From Armatimonadota bacterium (GTDB lineage: Bacteria > Armatimonadota > UBA5829 > DTLH01): a stretch of 64,000 nucleotides of DNA. The position numbers and the translations under genes were made by a program. The stretch's first letter is position 1; each line of letters opens with the position of its first letter. Shown here piece by piece: positions 47,299 through 57,242 of this stretch. The stretch lies in NCBI GenBank assembly GCA_039679675.1, contig JBDKUN010000033.1, forward strand, positions 64,001-128,000. Direction: 5' to 3'. The notes beneath the pieces are model-generated. The model was not told the origin of the DNA. It was given only the letters and a program-made list of their open reading frames with translations, and searched no databases.

Positions 47299-48066
47299 AT
47301 GTCGAAAGTTGACGTGATTATAATGGCCGGAGCTCCGGCTGACCCGGATATGTGCGCTCCCGGCGAGGAGATAAGCCGGGCGATGATAAAGATCGCCGGT
47401 AAAACAATGATCCAGTGGATTATGGACGCGCTGAACAAATCGGAGACCATCCACAGGAAGATCGCAGTAGGCGATGTCACGGCGGATGGACTGGACGAAG
47501 TTGTTCAACCTGGTTCAGGATTTTTGGATAATCTTATGCTTGGGCTGGAGCGATGCCAGGGCGCTGACCGGGTGCTGGTGATGACATCCGATATACCGAT
47601 GCTCACGCCGGAAGCCGTGGACGACTATGTGAACCGTGCCATAGACTCCGGCGGTGATATGTGCTATCCGATTGTCACACAAAGAGCTTGTCTCGAAAAA
47701 TATCCTCATATGAAACGCACTTATCTCAAGACCGCTGAGGGGATGTTCACCGGCGGAAATATGATGATTCTCAGCACCGGGTTCCTAAAGCGAAACCAGG
47801 AGCTTATATCGGAGGCCTATAACGCGCGGAAAAACCCGGTGAAACTGGCATCCATGATTGGGTTCGGGTTTCTGTTCAGATTGATCCTCGCTCAGGTGCT
47901 GGCTCCGTCCCTGTTGCCTATCCCCATGCTGGAGAGGTCTCTGTCGAAAGCGCTCAAGTGTAAAATAGTTGCTATACGGACTGATTATCCTGAAATCGGG
48001 GCCGATGTTGATAAACCGTCCGATCTCTCGGATGTCCAGACTGTGCTTGGTGAGAGAAGGATTTAG
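47299..48066 (+). CDS. MobA-like NTP transferase family protein
   Basis: IIMAG, AGKTMIQW, TSDIPML, TGGN, ADVDKPSDL. Confidence 0.8.
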   Translation: MSKVDVIIMAGAPADPDMCAPGEEISRAMIKIAGKTMIQWIMDALNKSETIHRKIAVGDVTADGLDEVVQPGSGFLDNLMLGLERCQGADRVLVMTSDIPMLTPEAVDDYVNRAIDSGGDMCYPIVTQRACLEKYPHMKRTYLKTAEGMFTGGNMMILSTGFLKRNQELISEAYNARKNPVKLASMIGFGFLFRLILAQVLAPSLLPIPMLERSLSKALKCKIVAIRTDYPEIGADVDKPSDLSDVQTVLGERRI

Positions 48067-48071
48067 GGCTT

Positions 48072-48180
48072 GCTCGGTAGGGATTTGCAATCCCTGCCGG
48101 AGAGGCAAGATTAGGCTGCTATTACACATCCGGCTTATGTAAGTCCGGGCTGCATTGCAAATACAGCCCGAGTAGGGCAC
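48072..48180. repeat. Palindromic repeat family B, copy 2
   Basis: Inverse match to 11907-12056. Confidence 0.75.
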
Positions 48181-48332
48181 GAATTTCCACTAATCCCGTC
48201 TGGTGGCTGAATGCTGATTACTGAAAGCTTGCTAATTCATTGAATTGGCCGATATTGCTTGCTATAATACATCTGGCTGGCGGGCGGTGTTGCCCGTATA
48301 GGCGCCCGGAGCCGCAACTTGAGGGTATATTT

Positions 48333-49175
48333 ATGAGAGAGATAGACACATCTGCTATCACAAGTGCCGTTGCGGCGGCATGCATGGCAGCCAACTATGA
48401 ATTGCCTGAAGACGTCGAAAGAGCGCTTCAAAGTGGATTGGTAAATGAAGAATCTTCCGTAGGAAAGGATATCTTCCGCCAACTCATCGAAAATGCCAGG
48501 ATTGCCCGCGAAGAATCAGTCCCAATCTGCCAGGATACCGGCTTTACGGTGATATTTGTCCGCATTGGACAAGAAGTTCATATCACTGGAGGCGGGTTGG
48601 CCGACGCCATAAACGAAGGCGTCAGGCGAGGCTATGCTGAAGGTTTCCTCCGAAAGTCGATAGTCGCTCACCCCCTGGAGCGAGTCAATACTGGTGATAA
48701 CACCCCCGCAATCATCCACACAGACATTATTCCCGGCGATCAACTTTATATTACTATTGCTCCCAAAGGCGGAGGCAGTGGAAATATGAGTGGTGTTCGC
48801 ATGTTGAAGCCTTCGGACGGTGTTGAGGGTGTCAAGAAGTATGTCGTGGAGTTGGTGAAGTCAGCCGGGTCTAATCCCTGTCCGCCTATCATAATTGGTG
48901 TAGGTATCGGCGGAACGATGGAGAAGGCTGCAATCATGGCGATGGACGCAGTGCTCCGTGAGGTCGGTAAGCACAGCGATAAAGCATACGATGCGGCACT
49001 CGAAGAGGATCTGCTTCAGTTGGTAAACGATACAGGAGTAGGCCCTGCAGGGCTTGGCGGCCGGATAACCGCGCTCGCGGTAAATGTGGAGACATATCCC
49101 GCGCATATCGCAAGCCTGCCGGTCGCCGTAAATATCCAGTGCCACGCAGCGCGGCACAAGGAGATAATACTTTAG
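48333..49175 (+). CDS. Fe-S fumarate hydratase / tartrate dehydratase alpha subunit
   Basis: PICQDTG, NTGDNTPA, KGGGS, NPCPP..GVGIGG, HIASLPVAVN.QCHAARH. Confidence 0.93.
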   Translation: MREIDTSAITSAVAAACMAANYELPEDVERALQSGLVNEESSVGKDIFRQLIENARIAREESVPICQDTGFTVIFVRIGQEVHITGGGLADAINEGVRRGYAEGFLRKSIVAHPLERVNTGDNTPAIIHTDIIPGDQLYITIAPKGGGSGNMSGVRMLKPSDGVEGVKKYVVELVKSAGSNPCPPIIIGVGIGGTMEKAAIMAMDAVLREVGKHSDKAYDAALEEDLLQLVNDTGVGPAGLGGRITALAVNVETYPAHIASLPVAVNIQCHAARHKEIIL

Positions 49176-49199
49176 GGAACAGGTGATAGGGAACAGAAT

Positions 49200-49372
49200 C
49201 ACGTCACCCTGAGCTTGACTCAGGGTCCATTTTCTTCCTGGATGCTGAACCAAGTTCAGCATGACGTATTCCCTTTGCTTCGGACTGCTTGCTGCCGAAG
49301 CGTCCGCCGCAGGCGGACTTTACCCTATGCTTCGGGACCGCAGTTCGTCCCGAAGCACGACATTCACAAATT
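49200..49372. repeat. Composite palindromic cluster (families A and C) between fumarase subunits
   Basis: CACGTCACCCTGAGCTTGACTCAGGGTCC..GATGCTGAACCAAGTTCAGCATGACG; GCTTCGGACTGCTTGCTGCCGAAGC; TATGCTTCGGGACCGCAGTTCGTCCCGAAGCACGAC. Confidence 0.8.
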
Positions 49373-49416
49373 CCTCCCTACTGATTGCTGATAGCTAAAA
49401 AAAGCGAGAAAAGAAT

Positions 49417-49986
49417 ATGAAAGAACCAATAAGACTTACAACACCAATATCGGAAGAGGATGTTCGGAATCTTCGGGCGGGAGACCAGGTTCTCTTGTCC
49501 GGCGTGATATACACCGGGCGGGATGCAGCTCATAAGAGGTTGATTGAGCTTCTACAGGCAGGAAAAGAGCTGCCATTCGATATAAATGGGCAGATTATTT
49601 ATTATGTTGGGCCGTCGCCTGCAAAACCGGGCGAGGTTATCGGCTCAGCTGGCCCGACCACAAGCGGGCGGATGGACGTCTATGCCCCCGCGCTCATCGA
49701 ACTCGGTCTTAAAGGCATGATAGGAAAGGGACTCCGTAATCAGACAGTAATCGATGCCATGAAGAAGCATGGAGCTGTTTATTTCGGAGCTACCGGCGGA
49801 GCAGCTGCTCTTCTTGCAAAAAGGATCAAGGCCTGCGAGGTCGTGGCTTACGAAGATCTGGGGACTGAGGCTGTTTGCAGGTTGATGGTCGAGGACTTTC
49901 CTGTTGTAGTTGTGAACGATACTCATGGCGGAGACCTTTATAAAGAAGGGGTGAAGTCATATGAGCGAGTATCAGGAGAAGCCTGA
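49417..49986 (+). CDS. Fe-S fumarate hydratase beta subunit
   Basis: TGRDAAHKR, YYVGP, AGPTTSGRM, IGKG, DLGTEA. Confidence 0.93.
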   Translation: MKEPIRLTTPISEEDVRNLRAGDQVLLSGVIYTGRDAAHKRLIELLQAGKELPFDINGQIIYYVGPSPAKPGEVIGSAGPTTSGRMDVYAPALIELGLKGMIGKGLRNQTVIDAMKKHGAVYFGATGGAAALLAKRIKACEVVAYEDLGTEAVCRLMVEDFPVVVVNDTHGGDLYKEGVKSYERVSGEA

Positions 49987-50239
49987 TTTGCCTATTCAAC
50001 TATTGGCAGCAATAGTCATAGCAGCTAATGTGCTTGTTGTAGTGATGTTTATCCGTCGTCGTTATCTGGAAAAAAACAGTAAATTCCCCTTTGCAATAAT
50101 AGCAGCAAGTCTTGCAGTCCAAGATATAGCTTTGTTTACGAGTAAAACAGCATTTGTATATTTACAGGCATTTGCGTTATATTTATTATTCTTTGGTATG
50201 CTGATCAATATTTTTATTGGTCGCAACAAGCAAGATTAG
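49961..50239 (+). CDS. Small AT-rich membrane protein
   Basis: Three hydrophobic segments; sits between fumarase and sdhC. Confidence 0.5.
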   Translation: MSEYQEKPDLPIQLLAAIVIAANVLVVVMFIRRRYLEKNSKFPFAIIAASLAVQDIALFTSKTAFVYLQAFALYLLFFGMLINIFIGRNKQD

Positions 50240-50312
50240 TGGCGAAATCCGCTTAATCCGCGTGATTCGCGTTTCTAAAGCTGATCGCTATAACGTCGAA
50301 AGGAGAATATTC

Positions 50313-50666
50313 ATGTATCGAGGCAGGGAGGGGATGTGGTCCTGGGTCCTGCACCGCGTAGCCGGTGTCGGGATTTTTGTTTTTTTGATAGCCCACATCG
50401 TTGACACTTCCTTTGTCGGGTGGGGATCAACACTGTACGATCACACGGTAAAGAGTCTCTATAGGACCCCGATTGGTAAAATGGGGGAGATCGTACTTAT
50501 CGGAGCCGTATTGTTCCACGCGATAAACGGAATTCGGATTATCGTTATCGACTTTGTACGGAGAGCAACAAGGTTCCAGCGGCAGTTGTTCTATGTCGTA
50601 GCAGCCGTTTTTCTCGCACTTTTTATCCCGGGCGCTCTCTACCTGGCCCGTGCGATATTCAATTAG
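50313..50666 (+). CDS. sdhC: Succinate dehydrogenase cytochrome b556 subunit
   Basis: MYRGREGMWSWVLHR, HIVD, FHAINGIR; AGGAG SD. Confidence 0.92.
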   Translation: MYRGREGMWSWVLHRVAGVGIFVFLIAHIVDTSFVGWGSTLYDHTVKSLYRTPIGKMGEIVLIGAVLFHAINGIRIIVIDFVRRATRFQRQLFYVVAAVFLALFIPGALYLARAIFN

Positions 50667-50678
50667 GAGGCGCTCCCG

Positions 50679-51047
50679 ATGTTGAGAAAAACAACGAAAC
50701 CCAGGGACAACTTCGAGCTTAAAAGCTGGTACTTTATGCGAGTGTCCGGCGCGCTCATTGTGGTCCTGGTGATGATCCACCTTGCCTTCGTTCATTTTGT
50801 CCACGGCGTTGATGAGATCGATACAAAATTTGTTTTGAACAGATGGGCGAACCCCACATGGCGGCTGCTCGACTTTTCGCTCCTGCTTTTAGCGCTGCTG
50901 CATGGCACAAACGGGATGCGTATATTGGTCGACGACTATATCCACGCCAAGGGATGGCGCACGTTCATACTGACCGGGCTTTACACGATGACGCTAGCTC
51001 TTTTGGTGCTCGGCGGGCTCGTTATGCTGACAATACAGCCTCGATAG
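50679..51047 (+). CDS. sdhD: Succinate dehydrogenase membrane anchor
   Basis: WYFMRVSG, HL, LHGTNGMR..DDY. Confidence 0.9.
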   Translation: MLRKTTKPRDNFELKSWYFMRVSGALIVVLVMIHLAFVHFVHGVDEIDTKFVLNRWANPTWRLLDFSLLLLALLHGTNGMRILVDDYIHAKGWRTFILTGLYTMTLALLVLGGLVMLTIQPR

Positions 51048-51056
51048 GAGAGATTT

Positions 51057-52781
51057 ATGTACCACAGGCACGATGCGATAATAGTCGGCGCAGGCGGAGC
51101 GGGGCTTAGGGCGGCCATAGAGCTCTGCGGTAAAGCCGACGTCGCAGTTATAAGCAAACTTTACCCTACAAGGTCACATACAGGCACAGCGCAGGGTGGG
51201 ATAGGCGCAGCGCTCGGAAACCAGGAAGAAGACAATCCTGAGTGGCATGCTTTTGATACCGTCAAGGGGAGCGATTACTTTGGCGATCAGGATGCAATCG
51301 AGCTCATGTGCCGCGAAGCGATAGATGCTGTCTATGATTTGGAGCACATGGGGCTTCCGTTCTCCAGAACTCCCGATGGGAAGATAGCCCAGAGGCGATT
51401 CGGCGGCCATACCAGAAACTTCGGAGAAGGGCTCGTGATGCGGTCCTGCTACGCAGCCGACCGGACGGGCCACATGATCCTCCAGACCCTCTATCAGCAG
51501 TGCATCAAGCACAATGTAAAGTTCTACGATGAGTTCCATGTGCTGGACATCATCGTAAACGACGGCGTCTGCTGCGGGGTAGTGGCCTACGAGCTCGCAA
51601 CCGGAGAACTGCACGTTTTCCACGCTAAAACTGTGCTTTTTGCCACAGGCGGCTGCGGCAAGATGTATAAAGTCACGTCGAACGCACACGCCCTAACGGG
51701 CGACGGCATAGCAATCCCGTTTAGAAAGGGACTTCCGATCGAGGACATGGAGTTCTTCCAGTTCCATCCGACCGGAATCTACAAGATGGGGATTCTCATC
51801 ACAGAGGGTGCGCGCGGCGAAGGCGGGATTCTGATTAACGGCAAGGGCGAGCGGTTTATGGAGAAATACGCTCCTTCCGTCAAAGACCTTGCACCGCGAG
51901 ACGTTATCGCCCGGTCGATTTACCTCGAAATCCGTGAGGGCAGGGGAATCGAAGGAAAAGATTATGTTTATCTGGACCTGACGCACCTAGGGCGAGATGT
52001 AATCGAGAAGAAGCTTCCTGATATTACGGACTTCGTCCGCACGTATTTAGGCATTGACCCGGTAACAAAACCGATCCCGATCCAGCCGACGGCGCACTAT
52101 GCCATGGGCGGTATCCCGACGGATGTAGACGGCTGCGTGCTCATTGATGAGAAAAACACCGTAATGCCGGGGTTCTACGCGGCTGGGGAGTGCGCATGTG
52201 TATCTATTCACGGCGCGAACAGGCTTGGGACGAACTCACTCGTCGATATTCAGGTGTTCGGCAAGCGCGCCGGGAAGCACATGGCTGAGTTTTCAGCAGA
52301 TAACGATTTCAAACCGCTGCCGGAGGACCCTGCGGAGATGTCCAGACGGGAGATCGACCGGCTGAAGACCAATCCCGGCGGCGAATCTGCCGCAAAGATC
52401 AGGGCGGAGCTTCAGGAAGCGATGATGGACAACGCATCGGTCTTCAGGACTGCTGAAACCCTCGGTACGATGAGAAAGAAGCTCGCTGAACTTCAGGAGA
52501 GGTATAAGAATGTGGCTGTCGAGGACAAAGGCACTGTTTATAACACCGAACTGATGGAAGCCTATGAGCTGGGGTACCTTCTCGATCTGGCAGATGCGCT
52601 GCTTGTCTCCGCTGAAGCGAGGACCGAAAGCCGTGGCGCGCACTGCCGGGAGGATTATCTTAAGCGTGACGATGTCAACTGGTTGAAGCATACATTTGCG
52701 TACAAGACCGGCTCAGGGATTCGTCTGGCCTATAAGCCGGTAACTATCACCAAATTCCAGCCAAAAGAGAGAAAATATTAA
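51057..52781 (+). CDS. sdhA: Succinate dehydrogenase flavoprotein
   Basis: [45 protein letters not shown]. Confidence 0.97.
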   Translation: MYHRHDAIIVGAGGAGLRAAIELCGKADVAVISKLYPTRSHTGTAQGGIGAALGNQEEDNPEWHAFDTVKGSDYFGDQDAIELMCREAIDAVYDLEHMGLPFSRTPDGKIAQRRFGGHTRNFGEGLVMRSCYAADRTGHMILQTLYQQCIKHNVKFYDEFHVLDIIVNDGVCCGVVAYELATGELHVFHAKTVLFATGGCGKMYKVTSNAHALTGDGIAIPFRKGLPIEDMEFFQFHPTGIYKMGILITEGARGEGGILINGKGERFMEKYAPSVKDLAPRDVIARSIYLEIREGRGIEGKDYVYLDLTHLGRDVIEKKLPDITDFVRTYLGIDPVTKPIPIQPTAHYAMGGIPTDVDGCVLIDEKNTVMPGFYAAGECACVSIHGANRLGTNSLVDIQVFGKRAGKHMAEFSADNDFKPLPEDPAEMSRREIDRLKTNPGGESAAKIRAELQEAMMDNASVFRTAETLGTMRKKLAELQERYKNVAVEDKGTVYNTELMEAYELGYLLDLADALLVSAEARTESRGAHCREDYLKRDDVNWLKHTFAYKTGSGIRLAYKPVTITKFQPKERKY

Positions 52782-52791
52782 AGGTGCGACT

Positions 52792-53490
52792 ATGCAGGTA
52801 ACGCTTAAGATAAAGAGATACGATCCCGAAAGGGATAAAAAACCGGTATTCAAGGAATATACGGTTGAAGTAGAGCCGACGGATCGTGTGCTGGACGCTA
52901 TGAACAAGGTGAAATGGTACCAGGATGGCACGCTTTCCTATCGCAGGTCGTGTGCTCATGGCATCTGCGGTTCTGACGCTATGATCATAAACGGAGTAAA
53001 CCGGCTCGCGTGTAAAACACTCATTCAGGATGTAGGTAAGCACATCACACTTGAGCCGCTGGCCGGTTTCAAGGTGCTGAAGGACCTAATCGTCGATATG
53101 GAGCCGTTCTTCGCCCAATACAGGGCTGTAATGCCGTATCTGATCAACCACGATGCGACACCGATCAAAGAGAGATTGCAGAGCCCGGAAGAACGAGAGG
53201 TTTTCGACGATACCACAAAATGCATTTTGTGCGCTTCATGCACAACCTCATGCCCGATCTACTGGGCAAATCCGAGCTACGTCGGGCCTGCGGCAATAGT
53301 GAACGCTCACAGGTTCATATTCGACAGCCGAGACCAGGGCTCGTCCGAGCGGCTGGATATTTTGAACAACCGTTCAGGAGTCTGGCGCTGCCGGACTATC
53401 TTCAACTGCACAGAAGCCTGTCCGAGAGAGATAGAAGTCACTCGCGCGATAGAAGATGTCAAACGGGCGATACTCTACGGAGAGGTATGA
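52792..53490 (+). CDS. sdhB: Succinate dehydrogenase iron-sulfur subunit
   Basis: SCAHGICGSD, CILCASCTTSCP, CRTIFNCTEACP. Confidence 0.97.
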   Translation: MQVTLKIKRYDPERDKKPVFKEYTVEVEPTDRVLDAMNKVKWYQDGTLSYRRSCAHGICGSDAMIINGVNRLACKTLIQDVGKHITLEPLAGFKVLKDLIVDMEPFFAQYRAVMPYLINHDATPIKERLQSPEEREVFDDTTKCILCASCTTSCPIYWANPSYVGPAAIVNAHRFIFDSRDQGSSERLDILNNRSGVWRCRTIFNCTEACPREIEVTRAIEDVKRAILYGEV

Positions 53491-53491
53491 A

Positions 53492-53530
53492 ATAATGCTG
53501 GCAGCTGCTTCTTACAGTTGCCAGCATTAT
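53492..53530. terminator. Hairpin after sdhB
   Basis: ATAATGCTGGCAGCTG..CAGTTGCCAGCATTAT inverted repeat; no strong U-tract. Confidence 0.5.
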
Positions 53531-53583
53531 AAATGCACCACAGCTCCACCAAATCTTAATGGCTACAGAGGGACTTATAGCCT

Positions 53584-55236
53584 ATGAAGGCGCTTTTGTA
53601 CCTGTATTCAAAACAGATCAAGAACAGCATCCTGAGTATCTTCAGATCAGCTAAAAAACTGCTGGCAGTCATATTTATCTTTAGCTTTATATTCATGAAC
53701 ATCGGTGTGAGTGCTATGGTCAGAGGCAGTAAATACGGAGGCCCGCCTGTTCGATTTATGCCGATGACTGCTGATACTGTATGGTCAGGGGTCTTTCTTA
53801 TCATTGTTGTATTCCTGGCGAGAAGCATATTTGCTTCTTTTAAGGAGGGTCTGCTTATCTTTTCCCCGTCGCACGTCGATTATTTGTTTCCGAGTCCCAT
53901 CAGCAGGCGGAGTGTTCTTACATTCAAGCTGCTCGGTGACTACATAATGAGTTTTGCTTGTATCTGCCTTATAGCATTCTTTTTCGGGGCGAGTTTATAT
54001 ATGCAGATGAGGCAGCCGATGTTTCCCTCTATCTGGTATGCTATTACTGCAATCTGGTTCCTATTTATCTTCATAGCGAACCTGAGTCACATTTTGAGGC
54101 TTATTACATCGGTCAGTTCTGACAGGTTTACCGCTGCAAGGACTGCTGTGAAGAGCATCTTTATCCTGATTGCAGCCGGTATACTTGTTATAGCTGGAAT
54201 TCATTATTTGAACTCCGGTAATATGCTCGCCAGCCTGTCAAATGCAGCGCGGTCGGAAGTAAGTAAAACAATATTTGCTCCTATTGCCTGGTGTGTGAAT
54301 GTGGTAGTTGGACCGATGTTCGGGGTGGACTACGGGTCTATAGGAGGTCAGGTAATGTGGCTTGGGATGCTGGCATTGGGGTCTTTTGCTGTGCTGGTTG
54401 GATATACCGGCAAGTTCTATGAGCCGTCACTTGCGATCAGTTCAAGGTCAGCACGGATCAGAGAGGCAGCAAAAGGCGGAAACTTTGCAGCAGTCAGGAT
54501 AGAAGCCGTAAAAGGCAAGGTGAAGGATAAAGGCTGCAGGACTCTTTTGCCGCCATTCGGACGAGGCGCAGGCGCATTGATCTGGAAGATCCTTATCATA
54601 AAGCTTCGGAGTAACGGCTGGTGGCTGGTGTTGTTCCTTATTGCACCTCCGGTTGCAGCCGCATTGGCGGTTGCTTTCATCAAAACTGATAATATTTCTA
54701 AATACTTGCCATTTGTGATTCCTTATGCAACTTTGTTGATTGCAGTCAACCCGGGGATGCAAGGGCAGCGAAATGAACTGAAGCAAGTTGAGATCATCAA
54801 GACTATTCCTGATACTCCTTACAAAATTGTGACTTGTCTTGTGTTCACGCAATGGCTTTTTGCCGTGCTCTTCACGTTAATCTGCGCTGTGTCTGGAGGA
54901 GTCATAATTACAGCTGTCGACTATTATCTGTTGTGGTTGACTACAATAGCAACAATTACCGGATCATTTGCCTTTATATCTGGCGGCGCTATCTTGGCAT
55001 TTCTATATCCGAACACGCGCGATAAATTGTCTATGACAATCCCCGGATGTCTAACCTTTTTTATGATAATGCTCCTTATGGTTCCGTCAATTATTATAGG
55101 TGTTATTGCAGTTACTACAAGGTGCAGTCTTTTCTGGAGCGGGTTTTTCTTGATAGTGATTAATGGCCTTGTCGGTTTGTTAGCGCTGCACATTGCCGGA
55201 CTGGCGCTCAAGAACGCTGATCCGAACGAGGCTTGA
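53584..55236 (+). CDS. Putative ABC exporter permease
   Basis: About 12 TMs; FSPSHVDYLFPSPISRR, GAGALIWK; precedes an ABC ATPase. Confidence 0.8.
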   Translation: MKALLYLYSKQIKNSILSIFRSAKKLLAVIFIFSFIFMNIGVSAMVRGSKYGGPPVRFMPMTADTVWSGVFLIIVVFLARSIFASFKEGLLIFSPSHVDYLFPSPISRRSVLTFKLLGDYIMSFACICLIAFFFGASLYMQMRQPMFPSIWYAITAIWFLFIFIANLSHILRLITSVSSDRFTAARTAVKSIFILIAAGILVIAGIHYLNSGNMLASLSNAARSEVSKTIFAPIAWCVNVVVGPMFGVDYGSIGGQVMWLGMLALGSFAVLVGYTGKFYEPSLAISSRSARIREAAKGGNFAAVRIEAVKGKVKDKGCRTLLPPFGRGAGALIWKILIIKLRSNGWWLVLFLIAPPVAAALAVAFIKTDNISKYLPFVIPYATLLIAVNPGMQGQRNELKQVEIIKTIPDTPYKIVTCLVFTQWLFAVLFTLICAVSGGVIITAVDYYLLWLTTIATITGSFAFISGGAILAFLYPNTRDKLSMTIPGCLTFFMIMLLMVPSIIIGVIAVTTRCSLFWSGFFLIVINGLVGLLALHIAGLALKNADPNEA

Positions 55237-55260
55237 TGAATATTACAGTGGGAGGTCCGA

Positions 55261-55989
55261 ATGTTATCCGTAAGGAAACTGACAAAATGGTATAAGACAA
55301 CTCAGGCTCTTGAGGATGTCAGCTTTTCTGTAGCCGACGGTGAGATAGTAGGGCTGCTCGGCCCGAACGGAGCTGGAAAGACCACTACACTCCGCTGCAT
55401 TACCGGAATTGTGGAGCCCAACAGAGGCGAAGTTGAAGTGGACGGCTTTCTGCTTAATGTAAATGAGCAGGAAGTGAAACGCAGGCTCGCATTTGTCCCG
55501 GAAGTGCCGAACCCTTATGATTTACTCACTGTTATGGAGCAAATTCGGTTTGTCGCTATGGCTTATAACACTACAGAGGCGTTCGAAGCAAGGAGCGAGG
55601 CACTTCTCAAGAGGTTCGATCTTTATGACAAGAAAGACGACCTTGTGCTTGGACTGTCGAAAGGGATGAAACAGAAACTTGCGGTTGTTTGCGCGTTCAT
55701 CCATGATGCAAAAACGATTCTTTTCGATGAACCTCTTATCGGGATCGACCCACGTGGCGCTCATGAGCTGAAAGAGATGATTCTTGAAGCCCGGTCAAAT
55801 GGCTGCTCTATTCTCATCAGTACTCATATGTTGGACACAGCCGAGCGGCTGTGCGACAGGATTATAATCCTCAGAGAAGGCCAAAAGGTTGCCGAAGGAA
55901 GCCTGACGGAACTGCATGAACGTGCAAAGATGGGGCAGGATGCTTCGCTGGAAGATGTATTTCTCAGCTTGACGGAAGCTGATACTTGA
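55261..55989 (+). CDS. ABC transporter ATP-binding protein
   Basis: [24 protein letters not shown]. Confidence 0.93.
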   Translation: MLSVRKLTKWYKTTQALEDVSFSVADGEIVGLLGPNGAGKTTTLRCITGIVEPNRGEVEVDGFLLNVNEQEVKRRLAFVPEVPNPYDLLTVMEQIRFVAMAYNTTEAFEARSEALLKRFDLYDKKDDLVLGLSKGMKQKLAVVCAFIHDAKTILFDEPLIGIDPRGAHELKEMILEARSNGCSILISTHMLDTAERLCDRIIILREGQKVAEGSLTELHERAKMGQDASLEDVFLSLTEADT

Positions 55990-56089
55990 ATCGTATTTAT
56001 TAACGGATGATAAAACCCAGTATTTAGCATCCTGAAGTTTATATGCCCTCCTGCCGAGAATATTTAATGGCATTTTCCACAGGAGGGTC

Positions 56090-56707
56090 TTGATGAGAAA
56101 TATTCTGCTCCTAGCTGCAATTCTTGGTGTGTGTACAGCCGCAGCGTATGCACAAAACCCGAATTGTGCCTTGACATCCGGCTTAACTTCGGTTGCAAGC
56201 GAACTAAACGGCAATACGTTCACCTGGACGATTATGAACAACACCGGCCCGAATGATGGGAATCCTGACTGGGATGTGCTTGTGTGGGAATTCGAACCTA
56301 TCGGCCTGCCCGATCCAATAGAGGTAACAGCGCCTGATGGTTGGGAATGGAAAACAAACGGACACAGCAAGTTCCAGATCATAGACCAGAGTAAAAAATA
56401 CAAATCGACAGCGGCGATTACTCCCGGAAACTCTCTGGAATTTAAGTATACTGTCGATTCAGCCGAGTTGGGCAGCATAGACCAGTCGAATGTATCTTTT
56501 CTGACGCACGTTGCGGCAGTAAAACCGACCCCAACCGTTAAAGTAGGCAAGCTGGAATGGACGCCGACTACTGTCAACGGTTCACCCACCTGGCACGACA
56601 AGTCGAGTACTCCTGAGCCTGAAGCGATATTGCCGTTTCTTCTAGCCTGCAGCGCTATTACAGGCATCGTAAAATCAGGCCGCCGCAGACGCTTGCCTGA
56701 TCGATAG
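56090..56707 (+). CDS. PEP-CTERM sorting-domain protein
   Basis: Signal peptide; C-terminal TPEP, hydrophobic helix, then RRRR. Confidence 0.8.
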   Translation: MMRNILLLAAILGVCTAAAYAQNPNCALTSGLTSVASELNGNTFTWTIMNNTGPNDGNPDWDVLVWEFEPIGLPDPIEVTAPDGWEWKTNGHSKFQIIDQSKKYKSTAAITPGNSLEFKYTVDSAELGSIDQSNVSFLTHVAAVKPTPTVKVGKLEWTPTTVNGSPTWHDKSSTPEPEAILPFLLACSAITGIVKSGRRRRLPDR

Positions 56708-56755
56708 CCTCGTGCTATACTGCACCTGCTTCATACTATAGCGGGCAGGCGCAGC

Positions 56756-57229
56756 ATGGCTGTTATCTACACCATCGGGCACAGCAACGTGCCGGTGCAA
56801 AAGTTGATCGATCTTCTGATGGGCCACGGCATCGAAGTGGTTGTCGATGTTCGGAGCGAGCCCTACAGCAAGTACGCCTCGCAGTTCAATAAGCGTGAAA
56901 TCGAGCCTGAGCTTCGTGAAAACGGGTTCGATTATATCTACCTCGGCAACAAACTCGGCGGAAAACCCAAAAGCCCCGGATTTTTGACTCCAGGCGGCGT
57001 CCCGGATTACGAGAAAATGGCTGAATCACCTCTCTTTAAGGCCGGTATCGAAGAAGTAGAACAGCTTGCCGGAGAGAAGAAGACCTCGTTGATGTGCTCT
57101 GAGGCTGATCCGAAGTCCTGCCACCGCGACAGGCTCCTTGCCTGGGTTTTGAGAGGCCGCGGGCATACTGTAAGCCACATTTTACACGACGGCTCCATCG
57201 CCACCGATGAACAGGGCGTGCTGTTGTAA
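56756..57229 (+). CDS. DUF488 family protein
   Basis: IYTIGHSN, VDVRSEPYS, LGG, LMCSEADP..CHR, HI. Confidence 0.9.
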   Translation: MAVIYTIGHSNVPVQKLIDLLMGHGIEVVVDVRSEPYSKYASQFNKREIEPELRENGFDYIYLGNKLGGKPKSPGFLTPGGVPDYEKMAESPLFKAGIEEVEQLAGEKKTSLMCSEADPKSCHRDRLLAWVLRGRGHTVSHILHDGSIATDEQGVLL

Positions 57230-57242
57230 TGGTAATGAAGCG

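Noticed and set aside
48760..48792. KGGGSGN instead of the usual KGGGSEN in fumarase alpha
   Set aside because: This position also varies (Ala) in other class I fumarases and all cluster cysteines are intact; not enough to call inactivation.
55795..56667. 290-aa minus-strand ORF and similar long shadow ORFs (399-1118, 4721-5167, 14908-15636, 43141-43773)
   Set aside because: They are antisense to well-supported genes and have no recognisable motifs.
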